Shown here in pieces: positions 35,529 through 48,245 of a stretch of DNA of 64,000 bases. The DNA comes from Octopus vulgaris (taxonomy: Eukaryota), in the NCBI GenBank assembly GCA_951406725.2, contig OX597817.1, positions 167,214,001 to 167,278,000 on the forward strand. The letters run 5' to 3'. Below the pieces are notes generated by a model. The model was not told the DNA's origin. It ran no database searches and saw only the letters and a list, made by a program, of their open reading frames with translations. The first letter of the stretch is position 1. Each line of letters starts with the position of its first letter. A program made the position numbers and the translations under genes.

Positions 35529-36078
35529 AAACTTTTTTAGAAAAAGATTGTCAAAAGTAACATGTAAAAGCTTTGTTGTGTTAGGTACTGGTTGTCACAA
35601 AATCTTACAATACATATATACATTCTTTGATAATAATAAGAAAATGTTTGAAACAGTTTATAAAAAAAATTATTTAAAAGTTCATAAAGAATATTGGGAT
35701 TTCATTAGAAATCATGTTTGTTTGGAAGTATCTATATATATATACACAGAAAATTATAAGTTCAAAAAGGTCATATTTTGGTATTATATATATACACAGA
35801 AAGAGATATATTTAGTTTACAAAGAATTTGGGATGAACTGACTTGTTTCACCTATTATCAAAGAATGTATATATGTATTGTAATCTTTTGTGCCTAATAT
35901 TTTAATGAACTTTTTAATTTTTTAATATTTTCCCAAGATTTCTCCTTGTAAACTGTTTTTAACATTTTCTTATTATTATCAAAAAATGTATATATGTATT
36001 GTAGTATTTTGTGACAACCAGTACCTAACACAACAAAGCTTTTACATGTTTCTTTTGACAATCTTTTTCTAAAAAAAG
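35529..36078. repeat. Foldback with inverted arms of about 130 bp
   Basis: 35529-35660 reappears reverse-complemented at 35948-36078. Confidence 0.85.
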
Positions 36079-36175
36079 TGAAACCGGTCAAGTTAATAAA
36101 CATCTTTTACAATTGCATTTTCAAACTTCTTTCATATGCAATTCCACTCGTGCGGTACCTTACAACTTCACTTTG

Positions 36176-36257
<82 letters not shown>

Positions 36258-36295
36258 GTGTGTGTATGTATGTATGTATGTATGTATGTATGTTG

Positions 36296-36797
36296 CATGG
36301 TCGGGTCGTCGGCGACTAAACCGGCAACCCCAACAAACTTGCTTGGTGAGGAGGGTGTTTATTGGTCACCCTGCGGGATAAAAAAACAAAACCCGTCAAA
36401 GGGCGGAGGAACTCTTAAGAGTCAACAGCCATCCAATAAATGTCTTAAGGCTGCATCATGCGCGGGGACATAGAAATAATCGGACTGAATACTCGATCGC
36501 GCGGTTAAACCATTGGGAGTGAAGGATTCCTAGCCTTTGTTAGGGCATCCTTCTAGGAGAAGGTAACTCAGGTAACTGGGATAACTCCGACATAAAATCT
36601 GCGGCTCAGTGGTTACCGATGATGTTGACTTGTTCTTCTTTTCGGATTATGGCTGCTGTTGCTTAGTGAGTGGGATTGACTCAGTGCACAGCCTTTCCCC
36701 ACTTTAAAAATAATCTTCTTGCACAGGCATTGCACGATAACAACGTTGATTAAGCTTCGTGCAATGGCCATACTCGATAACGAGGGGTCAGCCATCA
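36296..36797 (+). mobile_element. Probable RTE LINE 5'UTR fragment between TATG repeats
   Basis: Motif GGGCATCCTTCTAGGAGAAGGTAACTC resembles RTE 5'UTRs; GC-rich relative to its flanks. Confidence 0.45.
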
Positions 36798-36919
36798 TGT
36801 ATGAATATGTGCAGATTTGTATGTTTTGCTTTATGTATGTATTCCCATGCCTATAGTTGCATATCTAGACATGCTCATATATATTTAAATGTTTGACATA
36901 GAATCAGCTTTCTCCTTGT

Positions 36920-37490
36920 TGTATGTTGTATGCCTGTCATTATTCAGTTTATTTCAAGATTTCTTACCAATAGAGAAAGAACCGGTTTCTAACCAAGATC
37001 TAAGGCTCCTTAATTGGAATTTCAACATAAACAACTGGGTATGTTTGTATGTATGTATGTATGTATGTATGTATGTATGTATGTATACATGTATGTATAC
37101 ATGTATGTATGTATGTATGTATGTATGTATGTATACATGTATGTATACATGTATGTATGTATGTATGTATGTATGTATGTATGTATGTATGTATGTATGT
37201 ATGTATGTATGTGAGTGTGTATATGTATGCATGTATGTATATTTTATATGCCGATTTGTATATTTTATTTATGTATTTTCATGCATACAGTTGCATATTA
37301 CTGATTTTTACAGTTCCAGTGATTGATTGCTTCTGTAGTCTTCGAATTAGCTTTCACCTTTTAGGTTTTGAGAAGCCTAATTTCTCAAGATTGGTATTTA
37401 AGCAGTGTATTACACATCCCCAAGCCCCAATAATTATAGGTATAAACCTATATCTGGATATATTTCTCAATAGTTCAGCATTTTCCTTAG
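36920..37490 (-). mobile_element. R4/Dong-like 3' fragments around (TATG)n
   Basis: CCAATAGAGAAAGAACCGGTTTC tail; minus translation YRFIPIIIGAWGCV. Confidence 0.75.
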
Positions 37491-37494
37491 TTTA

Positions 37495-37547
<53 letters not shown>

Positions 37548-37554
37548 TATAATA

Positions 37555-38762
37555 CTAGCTGAAGGTGACCCGCTCTACGCGCGGGTAAGAGTGTGGTTGT
37601 TACTTTCTGTTGCTTCCTTTCAGCACGTAAAAAGCACCATCCGAACGTGGCCGATTGCAGTGCCGCCTTGACTTGCTTCTGTGCCGGTGGCACGTAAAAA
37701 GCACCAACCGATCGTTGCCGCTGCGAGCCCCCTGGCACCTGTGCCGGCGGCACGAAAAAAGCACCCACTACACTCACAGAGTGGTTGGCGTTAGGAAGGT
37801 CATCCACCTGTAGAAACACTGCCAGATCAGACTGGAGCCTGGTGCAGCCTCCTGGCTTCCCAGACCCCGGTCACACTGTCCAACCCGTGCTAGCACGGAA
37901 AACGGACGTTAAACGATGATGATGATGATGATTCTCCGTCTTTGTTTCTCTCTCCTTTCTCTCTCACTTTCCCACTCTCTTACTTTTCTTTTCTCTCGGA
38001 CTCTCCCTCGCTTTCTCTTACTCTCTATCTTTATCTATCTCTCTCCCATTTATAAACAACAGAAGATCTTGAGTAAGTTGAGAAATAAAATATTTAGAAA
38101 GATCAATCATAAATATCAGGCAGTGGCAACGGAAAGGTCTGCTTCAAGGCAGACAGCAAAACGCTAACATTTAAAAGGGACAGACGAACTTGCGAGCTGA
38201 ATAAAAATAATAAAATATTGGAAACCAAAGTTTGAAGGGATAGAATCTGAGGATAGTAGAGTCACCATGGCTGGCATTTCTTAACGACGGACAGCAACGT
38301 ATTGACAGTTTAACGGCTGGCGTAAAATTTTGAACTTGATGTAAAAGAAAATTCGTAAACACCAAGTTTTGAAGTGATTCTTTCTCACGACAGTAGACTC
38401 ACCATGGCAAGCATTCAAAACTTCTTTATCATGGACGGCAACACATTGACGATTAAAAGGCTGGCGCAAATTTTTTAGCTTGATGTAACAGAGAATTCCT
38501 AAACACCCGCTCCTTTGAAATTTTAATCCCCTTCCAGCCCCATTTAGACCCCTTTTCACATTTTGGTTAATATAACCCGATTTCATTCGGGTCTACTGGG
38601 GCCACATTTTATAAGATGAGGAATTTTGTCCTAGAGGTGACGCCTTTCATTTGAGGAAAAAAATAGTTGTCATGCAAACTTGCCAGCACTTTTAACATAG
38701 GTGTGCATATTTTCAGCTGAATCGACCGACTACGTAATGCATACATTATATATATATATGTG

Positions 38763-38798
<36 letters not shown>

Positions 38799-39694
38799 CA
38801 CGCATTATATATACAAATGTATACAAATGAGATATATATCTGTATAAATTAAATTAGAGATAAAACCACTAATAGGCAAATCAAACAGTGAAAAACCAAA
38901 AACAAAAACATTAAAAAAAAAATATAATATAGAAAATATATAAAATATAAAATTGAAAAATTTAAATTATTTAAATTGAAAATAAAAATTATTAAATTAT
39001 ATTTATAATTTGTTTAAAAATATATATAACTATGAAAAAGTATGAAAAAGTTTAATATACATAAATACAGATATATACACTTTGTATATATACATTATAT
39101 ATACATATTTATATATAGAACACACACACACACACACACATTATATATACATATTTATATATAGAACACACACACACACACACATTATATATACATATTT
39201 ATATATAGAACACACACACACACACACATACATTAATATACATATTTATATATAGAACACACACACACACACACACATATAAATGAACGCAAGAATATCT
39301 GATTCATAATATTTGTTCTCATGCTCGTGTGTTGTTGGTGACAGACAGATACATAAAAGAACGCCGAAGTGATGGGAAGGTAGGAAACAGAGTGAGTGAA
39401 AAAGAGAGGAAATAGCGAGAGTGAGTTTAGGAAGACAGATACTTTAAATAACGGTAGTGGAATTGTCAAAGTTATACATGAAGGGGAGTGAGAGGGGAAT
39501 GTAGGAAATAGCGTGAGTAAGGAAGATGGCCCCTAGCAACCACACCTTTTAAGATATGGATTTCTAAGGTAGCCCACGGGCATTGTCACCTCATTCCACA
39601 TGTCCCTGTAAATTTTGGAGCGAATCGGACGGGACGTAGTGGCATTGAAAGCGATCCAAGCGGTAAAAACGCATTTCAGTTTTATATATAGAGA
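37555..39694 (-). mobile_element. Probable 2.1-kb non-autonomous Helitron with a nested RTE-tail element (about 37620-37930, plus) and microsatellites
   Basis: Minus strand: A|TCTCTATATATAAAA at 39694, hairpin CCCGCGCGTAGAGCGGG, and CTAG|T at 37555. Confidence 0.6.
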
Positions 39695-39806
39695 TAGCAT
39701 AATATACTATGAATAAAATATACCATGATATAACATTAATTATTAAAACATCAAAAGACTAACAATTTATTTCGACTTATATACATTTTTTATATATAAA
39801 CAATTC

Positions 39807-40870
39807 GGATCTTTTCCTTCTGAACGGCAGTTTTCAACACAATTTCTAGTTAACTAAACACTTTTAAACTTCGTATATTGGTAGAATGTGTTTACAAAAC
39901 ATCATTTTTTTCTTGGTTTTATTGAGACAATTCTATTTGATCGAGCTTTTCGGCAATTTTAACCAGTCAAATACGTCCATTTGGAGTCAAAACATACCGT
40001 GCTGTATGAAAATGTCCTCGTTTAAGAAACAGATTGGGTCTATTTACATTTGCGAAGAAAAAAGATACCCTTCCCCCACCCCTAACCCTAAAATAGATTG
40101 AAATGCAATAGATCGATACTAGGCCATAATTATGGGTGACAATTTCATACGACACATCGCTTAGAAATAAATCTAATTTTGCGTAGCGGTGTCGTATGAA
40201 ATTGTCACCCATAATTATGGCCCAAGTATAGATCTATTGCATTTCAATCTATTTTAGGGTTAGATTTAGTTAGAGTTATGGTTAGGGTTAGGGGTGGGGG
40301 AAGGGTATCTTTTTTTCTTCGCAAATGTAAATAAACCCAATCTGTTTCTTAAACGAGGACATATTCATACAGCACGGTATGTTTTGACTCCAAATGGACG
40401 TATTTGATTGGTTAAAATTGCCGAAAAGCTCGATTTTAAAGTGGAAATATGTTACAACGTATTGAATTTACTCAATAAAGCCAAGAGAAAAAGATGTTTT
40501 ATAAACACATTCTACCAGTATACGAAGTTTAAAATTTTTTAGTTATCTAGAAATTATGTTAAAAACTGCCGTTCAAACCGAAAAGATCCGATATTTGTTG
40601 GGTTTTTTTCTTCAATTTCTGCAATTTCAACCAATCACTGACGTCTATTGAGGTAATTAACATTTTGTGCCGTATGAATATGTCCCTCGTTTAAGAAACA
40701 GATTGGGTTTATTTACATTTGTGAAGAAAAAAAGATACCCTTCCCCCCACCCCTAACCCTAACCCTAAAACAGATTGAAATGCAATAGATTGATACTAGG
40801 GTCATAATTATGGGTGACAATTTCATATGATACCGCTAGAAAAAAACTGCCGTTCAAACCGAAAAGATCC
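39807..40870. mobile_element. Palindromic foldback element with GGATC...GATCC ends and internal CCCTAA repeats
   Basis: 39807-40589 is an imperfect palindrome centred near 40170; an extra partial arm covers 40590-40870. Confidence 0.8.
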
Positions 40871-41101
40871 TTACTATTTTTTTTAGATGTAACCGGATTT
40901 GAAGTTGCTTAAATAAAGATTAGTATTTGTGTATTATGGGAGGGAGAACTCTGTAAAAAAATTAAGTAATAAAAACAAAGTATTAAGGAATGCTCACGAT
41001 AAAACAATTAATATTATTATTTTAAGATTAAATGATTATAGATAGTACATATCCAAATTTTATTAATTCTTTCAGAATTAACAAAATAATAATGCAAGTT
41101 A

Positions 41102-41405
41102 TCTTTATATATAAAATTGAAGTTGTGTGTGTGAGACTCTGTCTCCACCGATTTAGATTCCTAACTACTCCCACATTTTGCGGTGCAGTTTAACCAAAAG
41201 CGGGTGTCTTGTAGTTGTCATTCATATCGAGCCCTTCTGGGTATTAGCGCACGTCTACGATGAGTCTACGATTTAAAAAAAATTTACCATGATTTTCCGC
41301 ATTTTTAATAATTTTTGCTCGGGTTATATAAGGGAAGTAACTCTCAAAAATGCTTATATAGTTATTTCCCTTACAAACCCGAGCAACGCCGGGCGATACT
41401 GCTAG
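41102..41405 (+). mobile_element. Non-autonomous Helitron
   Basis: A|TC...CCCGAGCAACGCCGGG...CTAG|T; same family as 7230-7624. Confidence 0.88.
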
Positions 41406-41499
41406 TAAACTATACAATAGTAGTTATTTTAGTTATTAAATTTATTAATTAAATCAAATAAAACTATTTGGGGGTAAAAAAAAACAAAGAAAAGTCTTT

Positions 41500-41540
41500 G
41501 GCTGATCGTTTCATAGTTTGTTGACCGCTCATCAGAGAAG
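41500..41540 (-). ncRNA. Decayed minimal hammerhead motif
   Basis: Minus strand CT-CTGATGA-GCGGT caacaa ACTAT-GAAA-CGA-TC-AG; the helix II changes look like CpG decay of ACCGC. Confidence 0.5.
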
Positions 41541-42319
41541 TCGGACCCGATTTCCTTCTCCAATTAATAATATGAAACATTCAACTCTTATATAAAGAAG
41601 TGAGAAACTGATCTTTTCCTGCAAACTTAATTTACATATTTGTGCTTTAGACGGATAGTTATTAATTAAACAGTGTCTATTTTATGCGCAACATAGCATG
41701 AATCAGAAAAACTGAAGTAAATTTATTAGAAATCCTCGTTGTGAATGGAAAATATAAGAATGTAAATTTTCATTCCTTTTTTATGCTTTTGATATGCGGG
41801 AAAAAAGGTGAAAACTTCTGACGAACCATTTTGCAGTTCATTGACTGCTCTTCAGAAGAGATATACCTGATTTTCTTCACCAATCGATAGCACAGGTTAT
41901 TCAGTTGCTAAATAAAGTTGTCATGAATTGAACTATCGCCAGAGCAGATAATCTAATTTGCATAAGTGTTCTTTAGACGGCATATCATGAATTAAGCAGT
42001 GTATATTATGCAGTACACTGTGAGAATCAAAGGGACTGAAAAAGCCTAGCTTTTATAGGAAATTAATGTAATATAAACAATTTAGTACAATACTTTTGAT
42101 GCATGGTAAAAAGGAGTCCTGGCGGACTGTTTCACCGTTAGTTGGCCACTCCTCAGGGAAGATATATCTGATTGCCCTCCACATTTGATAGCATAGAATA
42201 TTGAGGTATGATATAAAGCATTTAGAAATTAATCTGTTACCCTAGGAACAAGATTAGTTTGAATATTTGCATTCTAATATTTGAATTAAATTTACGCTCT
42301 GTTGTACATAATATATATA

Positions 42320-42355
<36 letters not shown>

Positions 42356-42753
42356 TGTATGTATGTATGTATGTATGTATGTATGTATGTATGTATGTAT
42401 GTATGTATGTATGTTCGTATGTATGTATGCATGTATGCATGTATGTATGTATGTATGTATTGTTTAAGTACTACACGAATATACAAGTTAAGCTTTTTAC
42501 TTATACCTAACCACTTCCGTAGCAGTAGCCAAAACGTGAGAGCTTCAAACAAAATATGTCTGATGTCATACCTTTCTTTTCTCTTAGAATGTACCAGAAC
42601 ATCAACAACAGCAACAATGCTATAATAAATTAAAATGCGTGTTTGTATGTGTGTGTGTGTATGTGCTTGTCTCTCTGTGCGTGTGGAAGGGGTACGTTTC
42701 GTTGAACAAGTATGATAAATAGAACTCAATACATGAATATGAGAATATATATA

Positions 42754-42799
<46 letters not shown>

Positions 42800-43551
42800 G
42801 TGTGTGTATGTACACTCACCACACATACACACATACACAGAAATTGTTATGTTAGAAAGCGTAAGCCATGTTTGATCTTACAACACCCGTCTATGTCACT
42901 TATGACGCTGATAGATATCTCTGGCTTGACACAGAAGAGACTTTCTACTTTGTTAACACTGACATTACACCTACACGTCTATAAGCAGTAAATATATCTT
43001 GTCAAAGTTAACAAGGCTGAATGTAAAATGTGGAATGTGTAAAGTAGCCGATATGTTTCGTTGTATCTATTTGTAATAATATGTCTATTATTGCCACAAT
43101 AATTTTTCTTTTATCTCTTAATTGTTTTAAAGTCATTGGATTTGCGGCCATGCTGGGGCATTGCCTTGAAGAGTTTTAGCTGAACGAATTGATTCCAGTA
43201 CTTTGTTTCTTTTAAACCTGTTGCTCATTTGATCGGTCATCTTTGCTGAACTGTTAAGTTATGGAGACGTAAACAAACCTCCACTGGTTGTCAAGTGGTG
43301 GTGGTGATGATGGGACAAGCCCAAACCCAAACACACATAGATACACATATATATAAACACAAATGTTTGCACACACACACACGCACGCACACACACACAC
43401 ACACACATATATATGTATACATATATAGAAGTATGTGTGTATGTATATATGTATGTATACATGTGTGTATGTATGTATGTATATATATATATATATATAC
43501 ATACACTTACATATATACATATATATATTTGTCTGTATATATGTATATATA

Positions 43552-44157
43552 TCATCATCATCATCATCATCATCGTTTAACGTCCGTTTTCCATGCTAGC
43601 ATGGGTTGGACGGTTCTACTGGGGTCTGTGAAGCCAGAAGGCTTCATCAGGCCCAGTCAAATCTGGCAGTGTTTCTACGGCTGGATGCCCTTCCTAACGC
43701 CAACCACTCTGTGAGTGTAGTGGGTGCTTTTTACGTGCCACCCGCACAGGTGCCAGACAGCGCTGGCAAACGGCCACGAACGGATGGTGCTTTTTATGTG
43801 CCACCGGCACGAGGGCCAGGCGAGGCTGGCAACGGACACAAACGGAAGGTTCTCTTACATGCCACCGGCACTGGTAACACATCTGCAATTTCCATTGATC
43901 GATTTCGATTCTGATCCTCACTTGCCTCAACAGGTCTTCACAAGTAGAGTTTTGTGTCCCAAGAAGGGAAAGTATGCATACGTAGGCTGGCTCCATCCCA
44001 TGTAGAAGGCCACGGGTTATGGACTCACTTGTTCTGCCGGGTCTTCTCGCGCACAGCACACTTCCAGAGGTCTCGGTCTCTAGTCATTTCCTCAGTGAGA
44101 CCTAAACTTCGAAGGTCGTGCTTCACCAGCTCGTCCCAGGTTTTCCTGGGTCTGCCT
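43552..44157 (-). mobile_element. RTE-clade LINE 3' end with 3'UTR and (ATG)n tail
   Basis: Minus translation GRPRKTWDELVKHDLRSLGLTEEMTRDRDLWKCAVREKTRQNK*. Confidence 0.85.
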
Positions 44158-44571
44158 GTGTATATTTATTTACAAACACACAAACACACACACACACACA
44201 TATATATATATAATCACATATATATATTTATATGTATGTTGGTACATACATATGTATATATGTATATACGACAGATTCCTTTCAGTTCCTATCAACCAAA
44301 CCAAATCAGATGCTGAAGGCATGGGATATGTTGGCCCAAGGATATATAATAAACGATTTTCTCAAGATGGCTCACAGTGGAGTTGAACCTGAAATTATAT
44401 GGTTGGGCAGTAAGCTTCTTTACCACACAGTCATGCTTTAAATTTTGACTGTATCTGGAAAGCATGTATTTTCATATAACCTTTCTTCAATATTATTATG
44501 TTGGTTTCTGGTATTACTGCAATCAAGCCCATGAGTGGTTTGTTTTATTTTCTTTTATGCTTACCTCACAG

Positions 44572-44679
44572 GTCTGGAAGGTAGGGCAGTGGTACTTCTA
44601 GCTGTCACAGGTCCTCGAAGACCAGTGAGCGAGACACCATTAATGTTCCATTTAAACTATTGCAAGTCAACACCTGAAG
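44572..44679 (+). CDS. Candidate internal exon (108 nt, phase 1-1), product unknown
   Basis: Pyrimidine tract plus CAG| acceptor and AAG|GTAAGA donor; single open frame LEGRAVVLLAVTGPRRPVSETPLMFHLNYCKSTPE; unique sequence. Confidence 0.3.
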
Positions 44680-44749
44680 GTAAGACATGAGCGCGGAAGT
44701 AATTCCAGACATATTGGAGAGGAAGGTATGAGATAAATGGTTCATGTAG

Positions 44750-45400
44750 GCTTCAGGGTTTTGGGGGCAAAAACCATGTGTGATAATAGGAGAAAAGATG
44801 CAACATCCGTTCTACATTCTTCCATCGATTTTCAAACATTTTTACAGTCAGGCATTTTCTCTCCAACCCTATCTTCCTTTTAAGGTGAAAGGTGAAATAA
44901 TTCACCAAGTTACGGCCGGGGATGAAAGTGCCCGACTTTAATCCTTTCAGCCTTGTCTTCCAAATCACCTCTCTCGCAATTTCTACTACAATGAGAAAAC
45001 AATTCTTACCTTCTTTCGAAAGGAAATCAGGTGGATCAATTTTTACTATAGATTCAGTCAATAGCTGTACTCTTCGAGTACTTGACAACAGTTGTTCGGC
45101 ATAAACCCACACATCTGACACCTCCGAACACTGAACAATGGCATGCGGGACGGTTTCCCTATCCCGCTCACATATTGAACAGGTTCAAGGGCTGCTGCCT
45201 CCATGCCTTGCGAGCTTATCCTGAACAGGTAAGGCTCCTCAGTAACACTGCCATGCTAGAGACTTCTGAAAGTTGTCCAGGGTCTTCGGCCCGAATGTAC
45301 GTCGGAACAGACTGGCCAGCTGATTATTGTCAAGACCTAGGGTCTCTCCCAAGGTATCGTCATATCTCACCTCTACAAGCTCCCAAATGCAGACACCTTT
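44750..45400 (-). mobile_element. Tx1-like LINE 3' fragment
   Basis: ETVPHAIVQC...DVWVYAEQLLS...REVIWKTRLKGL...FHLKRKIGLERKCL. Confidence 0.8.
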
Positions 45401-45617
45401 TAAAGAGTGGCAGAAAAATGTTTATCATAAGTTAGACGTGTGATTCTCAACCATTTTTTGCCTATGAACCCCTTCGATTTCTATTTTCCTCTACTGGATT
45501 TCTATAGCCATTTGATGTATATAAAAAGATCTTACTGTATTTTTATAATTAGACGTCACTGGGAAGTGTATTTCGAAAAGATAAATATTTTGTGTTGTAG
45601 AAGTATAAGCAGTTTAG

Positions 45618-45897
45618 TTACTCTTTTACTTGTTTCAGTCATTTGACTTCGGCCATGCTGGAGCACCACCTTTAGTCGAGCAAATCGACCCCAGTCATTT
45701 GTCCCCCCAACGTTGCTTAACAACCGATGCTGGTGTGTTTACAGCCCCGTAATTTAGCTATTCGGCAAAAGTGACCAATAGAATAAGTACTAAGCTTACA
45801 AAGAATAAGTCCTGGGGTCACTTTGTTCGACTAAAAAGGTGGTGCTCCAGCATGGCCACAGCTAAATGACTGAAACAAGTAAAAGAGTAAAAGAGTA
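45618..45897. mobile_element. Two family 1 SINE 3' ends joined back to back
   Basis: Minus-strand tail at 45618-45695 and plus-strand tail at 45696-45897. Confidence 0.75.
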
Positions 45898-45904
45898 CAC
45901 TCAC

Positions 45905-45911
45905 AGCTACA

Positions 45912-45956
<45 letters not shown>

Positions 45957-46013
45957 GCTACTGCTGCTGCTGCTGTTACTGCTGCTGCCGCCATCGCAAC
46001 CACCACCACCACC

Positions 46014-46058
<45 letters not shown>

Positions 46059-46070
46059 GCTGCTACCACC

Positions 46071-46101
<31 letters not shown>

Positions 46102-46140
46102 ATAATAATGATAATAATAATAATAATAATAATAATAATA
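45905..46140. repeat. Compound trinucleotide microsatellite (CTA/CTG/CCA/TAA)
   Basis: Directly visible. Confidence 0.95.
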
Positions 46141-46334
46141 TTTTTTTTTTTATGTATTAGACATTCACTAGTACAACACCAAAAAAAACCCCAAAAAAAC
46201 CCCCCAAATATATGGCACAGAACTTCCAACCTGTTGTCTCTTGAGGTCTCTGGGTGAGACTTGGAGCCAACTTGTACAGACATAAAGCAAAAGTCAAACA
46301 TAGAATAATAATAATAATAATAATAATTAATTAT

Positions 46335-47278
46335 TTTTATTGGCCACAAGGGCTGACACACATGATTAGAAAACATAAAGGGACAAAACAGGACGAAAGG
46401 TTACAAAGGGTTTTGTCCGTTTGTGAAAAAATCGTGTAAAAACAGTTTAACAATCAAATAATATAACAACGAAAAACTCCCAATAGGGGAGGCGTTTCGA
46501 AAGGTTCCTGGTGGAAAAACCCATAAAAGCCAACGGGATCCTGGTCAAAAGGTGGGTAGAGAGCCCCTTTCTCCTTTTATAATACCTTTTTCAATTACAG
46601 GCGAAACCTGAGAATTGATCCATTTATACTGGCCATTCTTGCACAATTCACCCACCTTTCAGAATACTTGCTATCGGACAGCACTCTCCTCTCTAACCTC
46701 ATCTTCCTTTTCAAGTGAAACTTGATAAAGTTGATGAGGCCTTGACCAAAGAGGAAAGTGTCTGACTTTAGCCCTTTCAAACAGGTCCACCATACAACCT
46801 CTTTCACCACAGCCACTAGGCACATGAAAACGGCCTTGCCCTCCTTGTTAAAGGAGGTCGGCGGGGCAATCTTCACTATGGATTCAGCTGATAGCCGGAT
46901 CCGTCCTATACGCGACAGTAGCTGTTCGACATAAACCCATAGTTCAGCAATACTCAGGCACTGGACGAGTGCGTGCAGAACGGTTTCGTCGTCCTGGCAA
47001 CACCTCGGGCAGGCTCAGCTGACGGCACTTCCGTGCCGGTAGAGTTTATCCTGAACAGGCAGAGCCCCTCGGTAGCACTGCCAGGCGAGCGAATTCTGGA
47101 AATTATCCATTGGCCCCGGCCCGAAAGTCCTTCCGAACAGACCGCTCAGTTCGTTATCATCAACGCCTAGAGTTTCCCCGAGAACGTCGTCGCATTTTTC
47201 CTCCACTATAGAACGCTAGAGTGGAACTAAAACCGATCGCATTGCCCGCTTGGCGGAGGGCGGAGAGAGCTTGACGGC
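46335..47278 (-). mobile_element. Tx1-like LINE 3' fragment flanked by (AAT)n-type repeats
   Basis: FGPGPMDNFQNSLAWQCYRGALPVQDKLYRHG...CPRC...ETVLHALVQC; close paralogue of the 24-kb copy. Confidence 0.85.
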
Positions 47279-47299
47279 ACTATAACAATAATGATGATA

Positions 47300-47876
47300 G
47301 GCGCAGGCGTGGCTGTGTGGTAAGTAGCTTGTTTACCAGCCACATGGTTCCGGGTTCAGGCCCACTGCGTGGCATCTTGGGCAAGTGTCTTCTACTATAG
47401 CCTCGGGCCGACCAAAGCCTTGTGAGTGGATTTGGTAGACGGAAACTGAAAAGAAGCCCATCGAATATATGTATATGCATGTATATATGTGTGTGTGTGT
47501 GTGTTTGTGTGTTTGTCCCCCTCAACATCACTTGACAACCGATGCTGGTGTGTTTATGTCCCCATAACTTAACGGTTCATCAAAAGAGACCGATAGAATA
47601 ATTACTAGGCTTACAAAGAATAAGTCCTGGGGTCGATTTGCTCGACTATATATATGTGTGTGTGCGTGTATGTTTGTGTGTCTGTATGTGTCCCCCTAGC
47701 ATTGCTTGACAACCGATGCTGGTGTGTTTATGTCCCCGTTACTTAGCGGTTCGGCAAAAGAGACCGATAGAATAAGTACTCGGCTTACAAAAGAATAAGT
47801 CCCGGGGTCGAGTTGCACGATTAAAGGCGGTGCTCCAGCATGGCCGCAGTCAAATGACTGAAACAAGTAAAAGAGT
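47300..47876 (+). mobile_element. SINE family 1 with duplicated 3' half
   Basis: Full head; the 3' module occurs at about 47510-47647 and again at 47685-47876. Confidence 0.88.
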
Positions 47877-48245
47877 ATAATAATAATAATACTGCTGCTA
47901 CTACTACTACTGTTGCAGCTGCAGCAGCTTCTGTTTCTCTGAATTCGCCACCTTTGAAGAATCTTTACACCAGAACATCTAATGCACCCCACCCCACCCA
48001 CATTTCCTTTTTTCATCATTCTATCAAACTCTCTCCCTCCCTCTTTCTGTCTCTTTCTTTCTCTCTCACTCTGTCTCTCTCTGTCTCTCTCTCTCTTTCC
48101 CCTTGTCTCTGTCTGTCTTTCTCTTTCTCTCTCTGACCTTCTTAATCCAGCGCTAAACATTTACCCTCAAAATCTAACACGCCCCCCCCTCTGGAATGTC
48201 ATCCCTGACTTTTCATTATAAGTCCCGACTGAATTCTAGTTGTTG

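Noticed and set aside
36296-36400. HDV-like ribozyme at the putative RTE 5' end
   Set aside because: I could not assemble the nested double pseudoknot by eye.
40751-40768. CCCTAA repeats as a telomere
   Set aside because: Only 2-3 units, internal to a foldback element.
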